Source of the DNA: Azolla caroliniana
Taxonomy: Eukaryota; Plantae; Polypodiophyta
Direction: 5' to 3'
Length of the DNA: 64,000 bases
Assembly (NCBI GenBank): GCA_043228905.1
Contig: JBHGNT010000005.1
Coordinates: 24,552,001-24,616,000, forward strand
Shown here: positions 13,901 through 26,863 of the stretch, piece after piece
Layout of the letters: each line of letters opens with the position of its first letter
How positions within the stretch are numbered: position 1 is the first letter of the stretch
Made by a program: the position numbers and the translations under genes
Notes under the pieces: generated by a model
What the model was told of the DNA's origin: nothing
What the model saw: the letters and a program-made list of their open reading frames with translations, nothing else
Database searches by the model: none

Positions 13901-16673
13901 TTTCTCAAATGAAATGCTTGGAGGAGCAGGTTAGGATTGCGTGGTGTTACTTTATGATCTATGTTTTGTAGTAAGCAGCTTCTCTCATATTTACGTCACA
14001 CATTTCAGAGAACACGAAAAGCGGAACTTGTGCAATCTTCATGTAAATTGCTACAGGTAAACCCAACTGGGCTTCTGAGAGTTCTGATTGGTATGCTAAT
14101 ATAAATATCAGAAAGAAAGTTCCTAGAAAAGGTTAGGTTTAATTAAATTCACATGGTAATATGCTTTCACCGGAGTTATTCTTACAAAGGCTTTATATAT
14201 GCATCCTTACCCAATTAAATCAGTGCCACAAAGGTTATATATCATTAGAAAACAATGTTCACGTAGAATTTTCATTATATGCCTTTAAGGTATTATAACC
14301 ATTGTATTAAATCAGTGCCACAAAGGTTATATATCATTAGAAAACAATGTTCACGTAGAATTTTCATTATATGCCTTTAAGGTATTATAACCATTGTATT
14401 AAATCAGTGCCACAAAGGTTATATATCATTAGAAAACAATGTTCACATAGAATTTTCATTATATGCCTTTAAGGTATTATAACCATTGTTTGCTCATGCA
14501 TGTATTGCCATTGCTCCTGCTATCATATTTTTGCAAAAGACTTTTGTATCCACTTATGGGAAACCAAATCCCAATGTTATGATGCTTTTGCTTGCAGAAC
14601 ATGATTATTAAGCATGAAAGTCCCGAAAGTGTATTGGGATTAGTTTCGATTGCAGATTTTATGTCAAAAGTTCTCCGTGCATCAGTCGTGAAACAAGGAA
14701 TATGTGGACGAACATGGTTCCTTTCTGTAAAAATCGAGAACATTTCCTCAGGGTAAGGTGTATTGATTAAACATGTAGGTTTTAGGTTGCCATGATAACA
14801 ATGGATTACGTGGAATACCATTAGAATGTGACACTTACAACATAGCTTGCTAGCCATATAAGAAGCACATCCTATGACTTTATTTTGTATGAACGAAAAT
14901 TATGTGTCTTTAAAGGAAATTTATGCCTATGATTAATCACTACACTCAACTGTGAGTCCTGACTCAACTATATTCATATATATGGATTGGTATTACTTGT
15001 ATGGTGATGACAGATCAAATTATTTTTACTGATGTCGATGAACAAAGCCCATTTTCGTCCAAGTGATTTATTGATACCCCTCTTGTGTTATGAATCTGTT
15101 GGGGGCAATCTATCATCGATGACCATTTTGTGGCACTTTCTAATCTGTAACTGTTTTTATGAAAGGCATTCTAAACAAATGGTTCAATGTAATTATTGTC
15201 AAGATTGATGAAAATCTCTTCTTTTGTGATTATTAAGTAATGGAACTTTTCTATTATCAAAACATATGTAACGTTTTTTGCAGAGATATAATTTTGCATG
15301 ACTTGAGTTTGTCATTCACCACTGCCCGAGGTCCAATATCAGGAATCTCTTCAGTGCTGAAGTCACTATGCATGAAGGATAAAGGGAAACACTTGATAGC
15401 AGCTATTTCTTTAATGGACTTTCCAACAGCCACAACTTCTTCCGTTTTACATATATTTGTGGGCTTAACAGTATGTAAAATCAATGATCTGGGGGTAATG
15501 CGCTCAGTGAATATGAAAGAAAAAGGAAAAAATCACGGGGATAAAAATCCTATGCACAAGCTATGGATTGGGCAGATTAAGCTGTATGACATACTTGCCA
15601 CTAGAAGCCTTGATCCAAGATCTGTTCCACTCGAATTCAGAGAAGGTGTGAACTGACTTTTCTTATAAACTGTGTTTCAAAATTTTGAATTGTCTTATGG
15701 AATATATATTTCTCAAGGAATAGAATTCAATCCTTGTTCTAGAATTAACAGAGACATGCACAAGTGTTTGGGTTGGAAATATAATAATATTCAATATTAT
15801 GCTGAGAATATGAGAGATTGTTCTTCATGCGACACCACCTTTGTACCTTCAGTTGCAGTACAGCAGACATTGATGATTCAGAAGAGACCTAATGATCAAC
15901 GTACAGATATTATTAATGCAATCAAGGCTGCTCTAAGAATGGAAGATCGTTCCAGGAATCCAATGGTAGATCTGAATTTTTTTAACATTTATTAATAAAT
16001 TTTTATAGTAGAAACATATTTGTAGGCCAATACATTCTTTTGCTTTTCAGTTTTTGTTTTTGTTGGTATTTTGAATTTTGTTTTATCCTTTTTAATATTT
16101 TCCACTTTTATTTATGCAGGATTCAGCACATGAACTTGTAGCCACTCAAGGAGCTTTATGGTCAGATTCTACAATCATTCAACTTGGGCAAGCTCTTATG
16201 GTCACGTTAAGGGCAGAGGACATCAAACATTTGTCAGCTGTCAAGACATGTTTCATGACACAGTTGAAAAGCAATATCCTTTTTATCAGTAGTCATTTGC
16301 TCTCACTGTTGAAAAGTAGCCCTTTGACAAATATCAGTCCCTATATTTTCAATAAAAACTGTTGTTAGGTGAGGAATATTGGACCTTGACATTGCCATTA
16401 GAACATTATCATATTACTGGTGCATATCCGCAACTTGTGGAAGCTCTTGTTGCTTTCATAAAAGTGTTCCGAGAAGAATTGGAACATACGAGGTTGTTAT
16501 TGAAGGAACCATCAGATCTTCCCATGCTCATGGGTGGTGATCTATTGAATGAGGCGAACACTTCCAACGAATTAATGGTGCAAGAAGAGCATGAACTACA
16601 AATGTCCACAGACCGCTGTTTGGGTTCTCTACTTGGATCAATAACGAACCAACTTTGGTCTTGTCCGGGCTGA
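10908..16673 (+). CDS. FANCB: Fanconi anemia group B (FANCB)-like protein, ~14 exons
   Basis: Exons at approx. 10908-11072, 11207-11299, 11726-11873, 12166-12463, 12715-13070, 13162-13267, 13362-13561, 13824-13929, 14009-14056, 14598-14751, 15284-15645, 15852-15965, 16121-16203 and 16369-16673. The motif WTGIQQAVIGDFQLIGHDQVLLL resembles the recalled FANCB signature W..(V/L)..DDF.G.G.EQVLLL and is followed by a coiled-coil-like segment (LQSRLEDG). Confidence 0.65.
14214..14489. repeat. Intronic tandem repeat, 92 bp x 3
   Basis: The CAGTGCCACAAAGG motif recurs at 14221, 14313 and 14405 with near-identical units. Confidence 0.95.
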
Positions 16674-19600
16674 ATGTCAGCACGGAAACACATGATGCTG
16701 ATGTGGGGGGTTCTCATCGGTTGCAAGAAAATAATTCTCATTGTTCCCAAAATATTAAATGGACATCCATACTGATATGGCAAGTTCTCGCCCATTGCTA
16801 TAAATATTGAGCTGGATGGCGATTTGCCCATGCTAATGGGGCAGTTTCTCAGTGATTACACAAAATTGAGGATGACAGATTCTTGTTCGGTCTTTTGAGG
16901 TTGGACAACTATTTGGATGGAAAAACAAGGAAAAGTGTGTTGTCCTTGGATCAAACCCTAGACAGATCCAATCACAAGCCAAAGCTTTTTCAACTAGCCA
17001 GTTTGGTTTTTGTGTGCTATGAACTAGTGGCTTTTTTTTTTCTTGGGATTGCATTGAGATTACATCGGTGGAATATTTGATATTCATGAGATATTAGTGA
17101 ATGCTATATGAATGGAAGGACATAAAATGTAGCTAATACCAGACTTATTGATTTGTTTCCAAAAGGCATGAGGAAACAATCAATGTACATACATATACAT
17201 CATATACATATACATTGGTTCGTCTTTAATTTTTTATAAACAGAAGAAACTTTCAGTAGTTTCTTTAAATGGAAAGTAACTCTGTAAACATTCATTTGAG
17301 GGGACAATTTTTTGAAACAGTTCTGAGGTGTAAACTCGTAATTTGGAACCCAATTAAGTGTCGAAATATGATCTTTCTGAACAAAAGTCTATAATGTGAA
17401 CAATATGCTTAAATGTTATCTCAGAAGAGACAAAATCAAAATATGCCTTGAGCACATGAGACTTTGGTGCTCGAAAGTATGTAAGTACTACAGAAATCTG
17501 GAGCTGTACAAATTGTTAGCCAAATCTTCATTCAATATATCCTCAAATCCTTTACAAATTTAACTAGAAGCCATACACAGGAAGAAGAGTATCTCCCTTA
17601 TCTTTCATTCATCGAGATGTGTTCCTATTCTTTTTTGTCTCCTATCCATAAAATCAGTTTGTGTAAGGTTGGCACATATGTAATTATAAAGCCTTAGTTG
17701 AATATACTCATCTATATTGAATTGCCAAGAATAAAATGGTTGGTTAGTTGCCAGCCTTCCAATTGTGGAACCTTCCAATCATATAGTTTTCTTTTCGGCA
17801 TGTTACAGTTGTAGCATATTACAAGAAAATATTTTGTGCTAAGTGTGTTGGTGTTCAGTTGCAGATCTATTTAGGCCTCTAATATCAATCATTTATGAAG
17901 TATTTGGGGTTATTGTTTTGAAGTGACTTATCAACTAACAAAAATCCATGTATGCAAACACATAGGTGTCGAGTTTTTTACCTCCCTTTTTAAGATACAA
18001 TAAAAATTGAATGCACGTATCAATTTTATTCTCTATTTGCAAGTTATTATGCATGGGATGATGATGTATAGAAAGTTACACGTGTTGTTTGCTAGTGGGT
18101 TGAAATAGTTGAGCTACTCCATAAAACATTCAAATGGCATCTCAATGTAAGTAGATTCAATAATTGATAATGTTAAAGCTCCATGGTATAATCATGGGTA
18201 AACTTTGTTGTAAAGCTAATTATGGAGATGTTGTTATCTAATGTAATATGTATTATGTTTGTTTCAACTTTCACATTATGAAAATACAATAATAAAGCTA
18301 ATGTAGAAAGCTTGGGCTTATCGTAACAATTGCATGTTCAAGCCTTATAGTGCAATATTGAACTTTTCTAGCTTGTCTAATCATGAAACGATGTATTATG
18401 GTTTTAATTTAAAGATTAAGAATGGTTATTTGAAGAAATATGATTTTACAAGACACTTCATTCTTGTTGACTAGTTAATCATTAGTTGAAGGTATATTAT
18501 AATCAAGACCATGCTCTTATATCTCGTGTGAATAATTAGGTAATTATGTGAATAGTTAATCATGTATGTGATTAACTAGCAAAAGATTATGTGATGTGTG
18601 TGTGTGTATGTGAGAGTATGAGAGGAAGAGAGAAATAACACTTATGAATAATAAGACAAGATGGGGGATGATTAACAAGAGTGTAGCTAAAGACTTTCCT
18701 CTATATTAATAAGCATCAAAGAACAAAGATACCCACAATGAGGTCTATATACATCTCATGTGCAAGGGTGCACATGTGCGAGGAGAATATAGGTACATGG
18801 ATGTAAGTCCTATATTCAATGAACTTGGTAGTGGATGATCTAGAATGTATCCCCACTCAAGTACAAAATCCTATTTAAGGCTTTAAGGTCAACGCTTCTA
18901 ACTAGATTCTAGTTATGTAACTACTAAGTTACATGGTTGACTAAATAACTAAACTTAGTTGAGCTTGATATCTCAACGTCTTGGTACAATTTTATTTATA
19001 CAATTGAGTTGTAAATTAGATTTACTAGTTATTGTATGCATTTTGTCTTGTTTGCGATTCGTACATCAATTCAACTACGTTAAAATGTGAACAAAAGGTG
19101 TTTTTAGCCTACTAGCCATAACCCTTTACCTCAAGCTCGTTGGCATCCGTATCATCCTTTGGTTCCACAAGGAAAGTTACATAAAGGAATATCTTGTTAG
19201 TTTGTTATGCATGTTCTTCACTTTTATTTCCAAGGGCACTTGTCTATCCATCTCGTTTAAATCGAACTCCAATTATGCAACAAGAAGTGTGTGCGCCAAC
19301 ACCAACACCTTAGAAGCCCACTAACTAAAAACATTTGCACTTTCATCTCTACACGTATGGCCAATTTTATATGCTTATGTGCATCATTGTTCTATCAGTT
19401 TATTATACATAGCCAAGCTTATATATATATATATGCATAAAGGACCACTATATTAGTTGTTACACATAGCCATATAAACTTGAAATTCATGTAGTATGTT
19501 TTTGCCAAGTTAAGATTTATTTAGCTTAGAAGAATGAGATTTTATTGACATGTAATCATGTTGTTTATAGTTAATAGATATGTGTAGTATTGCCCTATCC

Positions 19601-20376
19601 AAAAGCTTTACATTTCAATCTTCAAAAGTGAATTTATGCATCTAATAGATATGAAAATAAATTCAAATGATATTGCAAGTGTCATGACTCATGTGTGAGG
19701 CTCAAACCCATGCCCTCACATATCAACCACAAAGTGTGAACCATTAAGATAAGTCTTTTACACTATTTATTGTAGATATTTGCTATTGAATTAATTTAAT
19801 AGATGAGTAACATGGCTATTGTGCATCACATGTTAACACGAGTGCACCAAGTTGTGATCACACATTGCGTGCATCACATGCACTCTTATTCGAAGAACTA
19901 TTTAAGGAGAAGAAATTGTAGCATCTAGGTATCAATGGAAAATACATATAATCAATTGATCAAGCTAGATTATTGGGAGAGATTAGAGAAGATTGAAGTG
20001 AAGGATTTGAATCAAAGTTTGGTAGAGATAAGGTGGAATATTGTAACTTTTGCAAATAAAATCTTATATTCCCAATTCGGAAGTTTCTAGAAGGACAAAC
20101 CTACTCTAAATGTTGTGTTAGAGATGCATTAGCTATGAACCTTGGTTATCTCATAGGAGATTGGGGTTCGATTCTTGTTTGTGGCACATGGTCAACTTCA
20201 TGATAAACCAAACGATACAAGAACAAAGTGCGGCTAACCGATTGGAAAACGATTTGATACTCCTTACACAATCTATTACTCAAAACCTTGGTCAATTCAA
20301 TTATGAAGACATCACGAGATTTTTAGAGGTCTTTGAGTATGAAATGGCCATTGGCCAATAAAGGTGCAAGTGAAAC

Positions 20377-23102
20377 TAACTATCGACAACGGTTCGGTTC
20401 GGTTTGAGAGGGTCAAAACCGAACAGGTGTCGTAAGGATTTTCGACTATGGTGAGAAAACCGAGTAAGACAAATAAAATGGGGATGTGCAACATTGCACA
20501 TACACTTAGGGAATTTGTTTAAAATAAGAATAAGAAAGCAAATGTAAAAGGGAAAGGTGAAATGTAAGGTACTAAAGTACACCAAAAAGTTCGTAAAGTA
20601 TAATTGTGATGTGCATTTAGGTGCACATGTACACGTAGGAAAAGAGAGTGCATAGAAATAAAGGTGTAATGAGTAGTGGGCATGGTAGTGGTGCGTGTGA
20701 AAATGCGAGGAGAGGGAGTTAAAGCCCCATTAATCTCCCCTCTTAAGATCAATGCAAATATTCCCCTTTGAAAATAGTGGAATATTTGACCTCTCCTTTT
20801 GTAATGAGCCACACCCCTTACTACTATAAAGGGGGGTGAAGGGTCACCATTGAGAGGGTCGTTATTTTGTCGTTAGAGGTAGACCGTTAGGGTATTTTTT
20901 CTTCATTTTATCTCTATTTCGTTTTAGGGTTTTTGTTCGGTCATCATGGTTACCGTAGTAGTTAAGAAGGTTTAGGGTTTCCTTCTCTCTTTAGTCATTA
21001 TCGTTTCTTCTAGTTGTGCTTGGGTCCGGCCTAATTGGCCACGGTTATAATCATTTTGTGGCATCGTGCCTTATAATGGAATTAGCTTGATAAACCTTGT
21101 CTCCATCTATTTCTCTACCATGTTAATCTCTTCTTCTTTCTTCTACCCTTTTGAGCTCGAAGGCCATAAGGGATAAGCTCCCATTTTCCCTCTACTCCCT
21201 AGTCCAAGACCCCTATTGTCACGTCTTATCTGACACGCAAGCGCGGATTACCCGACATGTTTGGTGAACTCGATGTGAAAGGCGGTAAGGGAGGATGATG
21301 ATGGAGACAGAAATTTTTGAGGAGATAATGTTGAGTATGATCATGAAGTTTTTGAAGGAAAGAGAAAGGCAAGATGCTGCTCAACAAGCCGTCGAGAGCG
21401 CGGTCGAAAAAGTTGGTTGTTTCAACGGGGACGAGGTCCCAAAATTTTTAAGTGCCTACAATGCCAAGATGACAACGAGGGGTGTGGACGACACAACGAG
21501 GCTAAAGTGTTTTTGTCTGGTGGTGGTTGTATCAATACACAAAGAGGTCAAAGAGCTTCAAGAAGCTCATGAGTCATGGGAGTCCTTCGAGGGAGCTCTA
21601 TTGGAGGCATGCGGGTATGAGAAACTGACAGGACAAGGTCGACGCGAGTTCAACCAATTGGTAATGTCGATGAAGACCCATCGGAGCGCAATGAAAGCAT
21701 TCCAAGAGTTTGAGCATCATTTTACTCAACTCTAGGAGTGGGATCGAAGATTGGTGGGGGTGGATAAGGTCTTATTATTTTTGAAGACGATCGATTGAAA
21801 AGAAAGGATGACCATTTTACTTGAACTCGAAGACGATGATGGAGCAAACGGCCTCACCGAGGATTGGACCGAAGTAGAGTGGGTATGCCGACAACATGAT
21901 GAGAAGCGGACGGGGACATTGTTGGCCACAATACGGTCCACAAGCGATGGTCAAAAGAGGTTGGTGAGTGATGAGGCACTACCACCGAAGGAGGAGAGCT
22001 CATCACGTAAGGGTCCAGTGGTGCACAACATAGAAGCATTGATAAGGGAGGCATACGAGATCATGAAGATGCGGGTCGAAGTCGAAGAAGGGTCTATTAT
22101 GGAGTCAGGCTTGAGAGGACCAGATGAGGAGGAGGAAGTCACCTCCTTGGGGACGAAGGACGGGGGCCTATGAAGGATGGTACGATGTTACCATGGAAGA
22201 GGGTGTGGAGCGAGCTGCCCTCTTGACTTGCGGAAGAGTGACGGACGCCACTTCGAGGGTGGACAGATGTTTCAGGATGCGGTTGCCTAAAACATCGAGC
22301 GAAGGAGATGCAAGCATAATCGAACCTTGCGTAATCGAGGACGGAAAAGCCTATGGAGAGGAAGAGATAGCCACAGACAACAGAGTCCGAACGGAGGTGG
22401 CTATGGACAAGTCATCGGTGATTGATGGTGCCAATGATTTCACCACACCGGTTCTAGAGACTTCGGCGGTTGTGCTCGAGAGCCAACATGAGACCAGAGA
22501 GACGGAAGGTGGCGGCAGGAAAGCGGAGGACTGAGATGACGATAAGGATAATGAGATAATTGGTACCAAACGAAGACGAGATGCCTCGACAACAATTCTG
22601 GAGACTTCGGCGGTTGTGCCCAAGTGTCAAGATGAGACCGGAGAGATGGGAGGTGGTCGTGAGGAGATGTGGCTCGAGGCCAACATACACATAGGGAAGG
22701 AGATGGCCGAAGAGGAGGGTGAGGGAAATCAGTGGTGGAGTTTGATGGAGAAGCAAAAAGCGGCAAAGTCGGGAACCAATCCGACCGAAAGTCGAATTGG
22801 TCGATAATCCAACTCAGAAGGAAGAAGATCCGAACGGGAGCCGATCAACTGAGCCCGACCCGAATGGGGGCCGACTCGGGTCGAAATCAATCGGCCGAGA
22901 CCGATCCAGACAAGGGATTCGGATGGGACGGAACTATAGGGGACTTGAACTAGGGAATCAGATGGTGGAGGTCTCCCTCTCAATGAGACTCGGCCCTTTG
23001 GGTTTCCACTCACGTCGGTTTCCAGCCGACAAAGATTTTGGGTTCAATAAGACAATTAACCGTGAACAAGGACTCAGCTCAAATAGGTGAAAACAAAGAG
23101 GA

Positions 23103-23152
<50 letters not shown>

Positions 23153-24341
23153 GTTACAAATGTTTTACAACGAATCGGCTTACATGCCACGAATCCGGTG
23201 GCTATTACAAAACAATCAGCTAAATACAACGAGTTAAGAAATGGGAACCGACGAAGGCGAGTCAAGTGGGCCATCGGGACTGCTACTTCCACCGTTGGTC
23301 ACATCCCAAAGACGGTAGAGTGTTCCAGTGCCACTTCACCCTCCCTTCTCGAACCGATCGCCACACGAAACGCTCTACATCAAGGAGAGGAAGTCAAACC
23401 ACTAAGTGCCGCCACCGGAATGCCAAAGAATCGTTGTTGTAAAAACCCCAAACCAAAACCAAACTCTCACACAAAGAAGAAGAAGAAGAAAAGAATAACA
23501 CCCGCAACCCAAAACCGCATAAACCCTAACTCACACGAAAATGAAGAACCCAAAACCCACAATAAGAAACCCTAAATCTACCCATCAAGACGACAAGGAA
23601 AAATAAACCCAAAACCCTTAATCTCCCACAAACTCTCACAAGACGAAGAACCAAAACCGAACACTTAACCTCCACTCAAAAAGAAGAACCCCAAAAAGGA
23701 AGAAGAAGAAGAAGATCTAAAATGAAACCCTAAAACAAAATAGGGTAAAGATGACCAAAGTAGACACCCTAAGAAAATAAGAATAAGAAAACTACCAAAC
23801 CCAAGATCTAACAATACACCCTCCTAACTCAAAATGGGTGACCCTATAACAAGAGACCCCTCCTTCCTTTTATAGTCCAAGGAGGGAAGAACGTTACAAT
23901 GTGGGACAAATATTCACCTTTTTATTTTATATACATTTTTAAATGTACATGTGCACACGGTGCACATTGCCAACTTTGCCCATTCCACCCGATTTTCTCA
24001 CCATAGCCGAAAATCTTCATGACACCGGTTTGGAACCAAACTGTTTAAAAATTTTGAAACCTGAACCAAAGCGAACCACGAAATTGTTAAAACTGATCCG
24101 TTAAACATTTTTGAAACCGTTAAACTATTAAAACAGCGGTTTCGTGGTTCGGTTTCGGTTTTCAACTTAGGTCTAAAAAGATTGTTTAAAAACAAAATTT
24201 GAAAATATTTTAAATAAAAACCCATTTAAACCATCGTTTCTAACTATTGAAATCGAACCGAACCATTGTTTAAAACTTAAACCTAAATCGAACTGTTGAA
24301 TCCATTAAGTTGCAGTTTCACGGTTCCGTTTTCGATTGTTA
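20377..24341. mobile_element. hAT-type MITE split by a 3.6-kb LTR-derived insertion
   Basis: Left end TAACTATCGACAACGG at 20377 and right end CGATTGTTA at 24341, with 8-bp TSD AGTGAAAC on both sides. The MITE body resumes at 24025. Confidence 0.85.
20428..24024. mobile_element. Gypsy-derived insertion: LTR(+) 20428-~21258, degenerate tRNA-Trp PBS, gag pseudogene 21295-~22760, then an inverted LTR(-) ending at 24024
   Basis: Left end TGTCGTAAGGATTTTCGACTATGGTGAGAAAA; reverse complement of the right end TGTCATGAAGATTTTCGGCTATGGTGAGAAAA. PBS TGGTGAACTCGATGTGAA at ~21262; gag-like VGCFNGDEVPKFLSAYNAKM. Flanks CAGG / CCGG. Confidence 0.75.
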
Positions 24342-25215
24342 AGTGAAACCACCAATTCAATAGAGTGCTCGAGGTTCAAGTAAAGGATTGATCCTTTTGA
24401 AAGATTGAACCAGCACAAGTAGACTGCTATCAAACAAGTTGGAGTCTTAGCGGCTTGTCATATACTTCAAAGAAGGGCATTGGAAATGGATAACAATGTT
24501 GAAAGCTCGAAGAATATTATTGTGAGGGATCGTCCAACAAAAAAATCAATTGCTTGAGCAAGAAGAGAAATTTAAGGGAAAAGAACTAGAATCACTACTT
24601 AATGAACTAATCAAAAATATGAAGGATATGTAGTTGAGGTTCACCAAGTTAGAGAAAGTTGAAAGCTCAAGTCAACAAAAGCGTAAGGAAGAACAAAAAG
24701 AAAACTTCACTTGTAATGCATATGGTGCGATAGCACCGAACATCAGAAGAGGGAATCTATAAGTCATTGAGAAGTTTTGGATGGAAATCAGATTTTCAAT
24801 TAAGATGGGAAGATTCATTTGTCAAAAACTCAATAGCCTCTCTAAATTAACTTCGGAAAAGGTAAAAGGAAGAAGTTAAAATAGGACTCTAAAACCAAGA
24901 GGATGTATGGGTTGAAGGTAGGTGATCCTCATATTGGTACAGGCTTCTAGAATAAGGGGATGAACACTACAAGTGAACGAACGGTTCAACTAGAGGACTT
25001 AAAGAAGGGTGGCGAAGAGATTCAAACTAGTACTAGATGGAATCGCAAACTAACTGCATTCGCAAAAGTTGTTGAGGTAAACGACCATGAAGTTCAAGTA
25101 GAAGAGAAGAGTTGCAAAAGAACAGATGAAGTTGGTCCTTCTCAAAGACCAAAAACATAAAGAAGAGAAACGAAGAAAGTGTTTTAGAAGAAAAGTCAAA
25201 GAAAGAAGCACTTGT

Positions 25216-26076
25216 TGTCACATTCTAGACTCGAACCTTTGACATATAACACACCCAACACATAGTATTAAATAAATCATATGGAAACGCTTAAGTTACA
25301 TGTAATCTTAGTATACATTGGTTTAATATTGTATAGTCTAGCATATAGTACATTCAAAATATTCTAGCCTTTAGTATATTATAGAAATATTCTAGTCTTT
25401 AGTCCATCCCAGTTCTAGATTCATGATGGTTTTCATGTCTCCTCCTCGAACCCCATTATGCTTCACAACTCCCATAACGCCAAGCCTCACCACCACCACT
25501 TGTGTAGTTGACGATATGGGAGGAATACGATGTTGACCAAATACTTGACTTGCATTTGCATCGTCAACACTTGCAATACCTCGTCTTGTGGAAGGGTTGC
25601 CCCATGTCTAATGCCACGTGGGAGCCAATATAGAATTTACAAAATGCCCCAAAGGTGGTCCAAGATTTTCATCACCAGTATCCCCACAAATTGGCGACCG
25701 GTTTGGGAAGGTGGTGTAAGAGGGGGGATAATGTCACATTCTAGACTCAAACCTTTGACCTATAACACACCCAATACATAGTATTAAATAAACCATATGG
25801 AAACCCTTAAGTTACATATAAAGTTGTATATGGTTTAATATTGTATAGTCTAGCATATAGTATATTCTAGACGGGTATATTCTATAGATATTTCTTGGGT
25901 ATATTCTAGAGATATTCAATCTTAGAACTTGTATAAATATGTGTGTTCACCTAGATTACAATCAACTCCACTTGTAGAGATATGGGTGAATAACACCAGT
26001 TACAAAGTCTTGCAATTAATCAACTCATCCATTTGATTATCTTATAGTCTCTTGTGCATATTATCTACTTGTGACA
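25216..26076 (+). mobile_element. Internally deleted Tcn1-like chromovirus (partial 5' LTR, chromodomain remnant, PPT, 3' LTR)
   Basis: LTR start TGTCACATTCTAGACTC at 25216 and 25732. Chromodomain-like YDVDQILD...QYLVLWKGCPMSNATWEP at ~25525-25630 and purine tract AAGAGGGGGATAA before the 3' LTR. Ends ...GTGACA; TSD CTTGT/ATTGT. Confidence 0.8.
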
Positions 26077-26367
26077 ATTGTAGTAAATGCTAGCTTCGGA
26101 CATATAGACTATAATCAATATCAAAAAGATTTTAGAAACTAGATTCCTTATTAGTAAGGTAGAACGTAAAATTATTGTGGGAACTTCGACAATCGTGGGA
26201 AGTGGCCTATCGAGAAAAACCATTAATGGAAAGTCCGAACAACAATAGAAGCAATAGAAAATTCGTATGACGCAAGCCCCAACATTAAAGTAACTACAAG
26301 GGATGTTTTTGGAAATAAGAATTTCTTTGTCCAAGAGTCTTTCTACCAATTCATTCTAGGTCAACCA

Positions 26368-26863
26368 TAACAATTGGCAATGGTTCGGTTCAATTTGAGA
26401 GGGTCTAAACCGAACCATTAAACATTTTTCAAACCATTAAACCTTTAAACCGTAAAAACCGCAGTTTCATGGTTTGGTTTCGGTTTTCCACATAGGTCAA
26501 TTTTTTATTTTTTATTTTTTTTAAATTTATAATATTTCATTATTTAGAATTTTTAAAATTTTTAAGATGTTCCTAAAATGTGAGAATAAGAGTAAAAATG
26601 AAAAGATTGTTTAAAAACAATTTTTAAAATTTTTTAGAATTTTTTTTTACTTTTTTTTAATTTTTTTTTTTAAATTTTTAAATTTTAAAAATAAAAACCG
26701 TTAATCCGTTTAAAGCTCGGTTTTTTACTGCTGAAACCAAACCGAAACCGAACCGAACCGTTAAAAAAAACCTAAACTTGAACCGAACCGGTGAAATCGT
26801 TAAGCCGTTAAACCGCGGTTTCGCGGTTCGGTTCGGTTCAAACCAAACCGTTGCCGATTGCTA
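26368..26863. mobile_element. hAT-type MITE
   Basis: TIR TAACAATTGGCAATGG / CCGTTGCCGATTGCTA; 8-bp TSD GTCAACCA/GTCAGCCA. Confidence 0.85.

Noticed and set aside
17100-19600. Possible solo LTRs or genes in AT-rich intergenic DNA
   Set aside because: No convincing termini, TSD or coding motif could be established by eye.
20428-24024. DIRS-type element with inverted terminal repeats
   Set aside because: No tyrosine recombinase; it has a tRNA PBS, gypsy-type TG ends and an apparent TSD.
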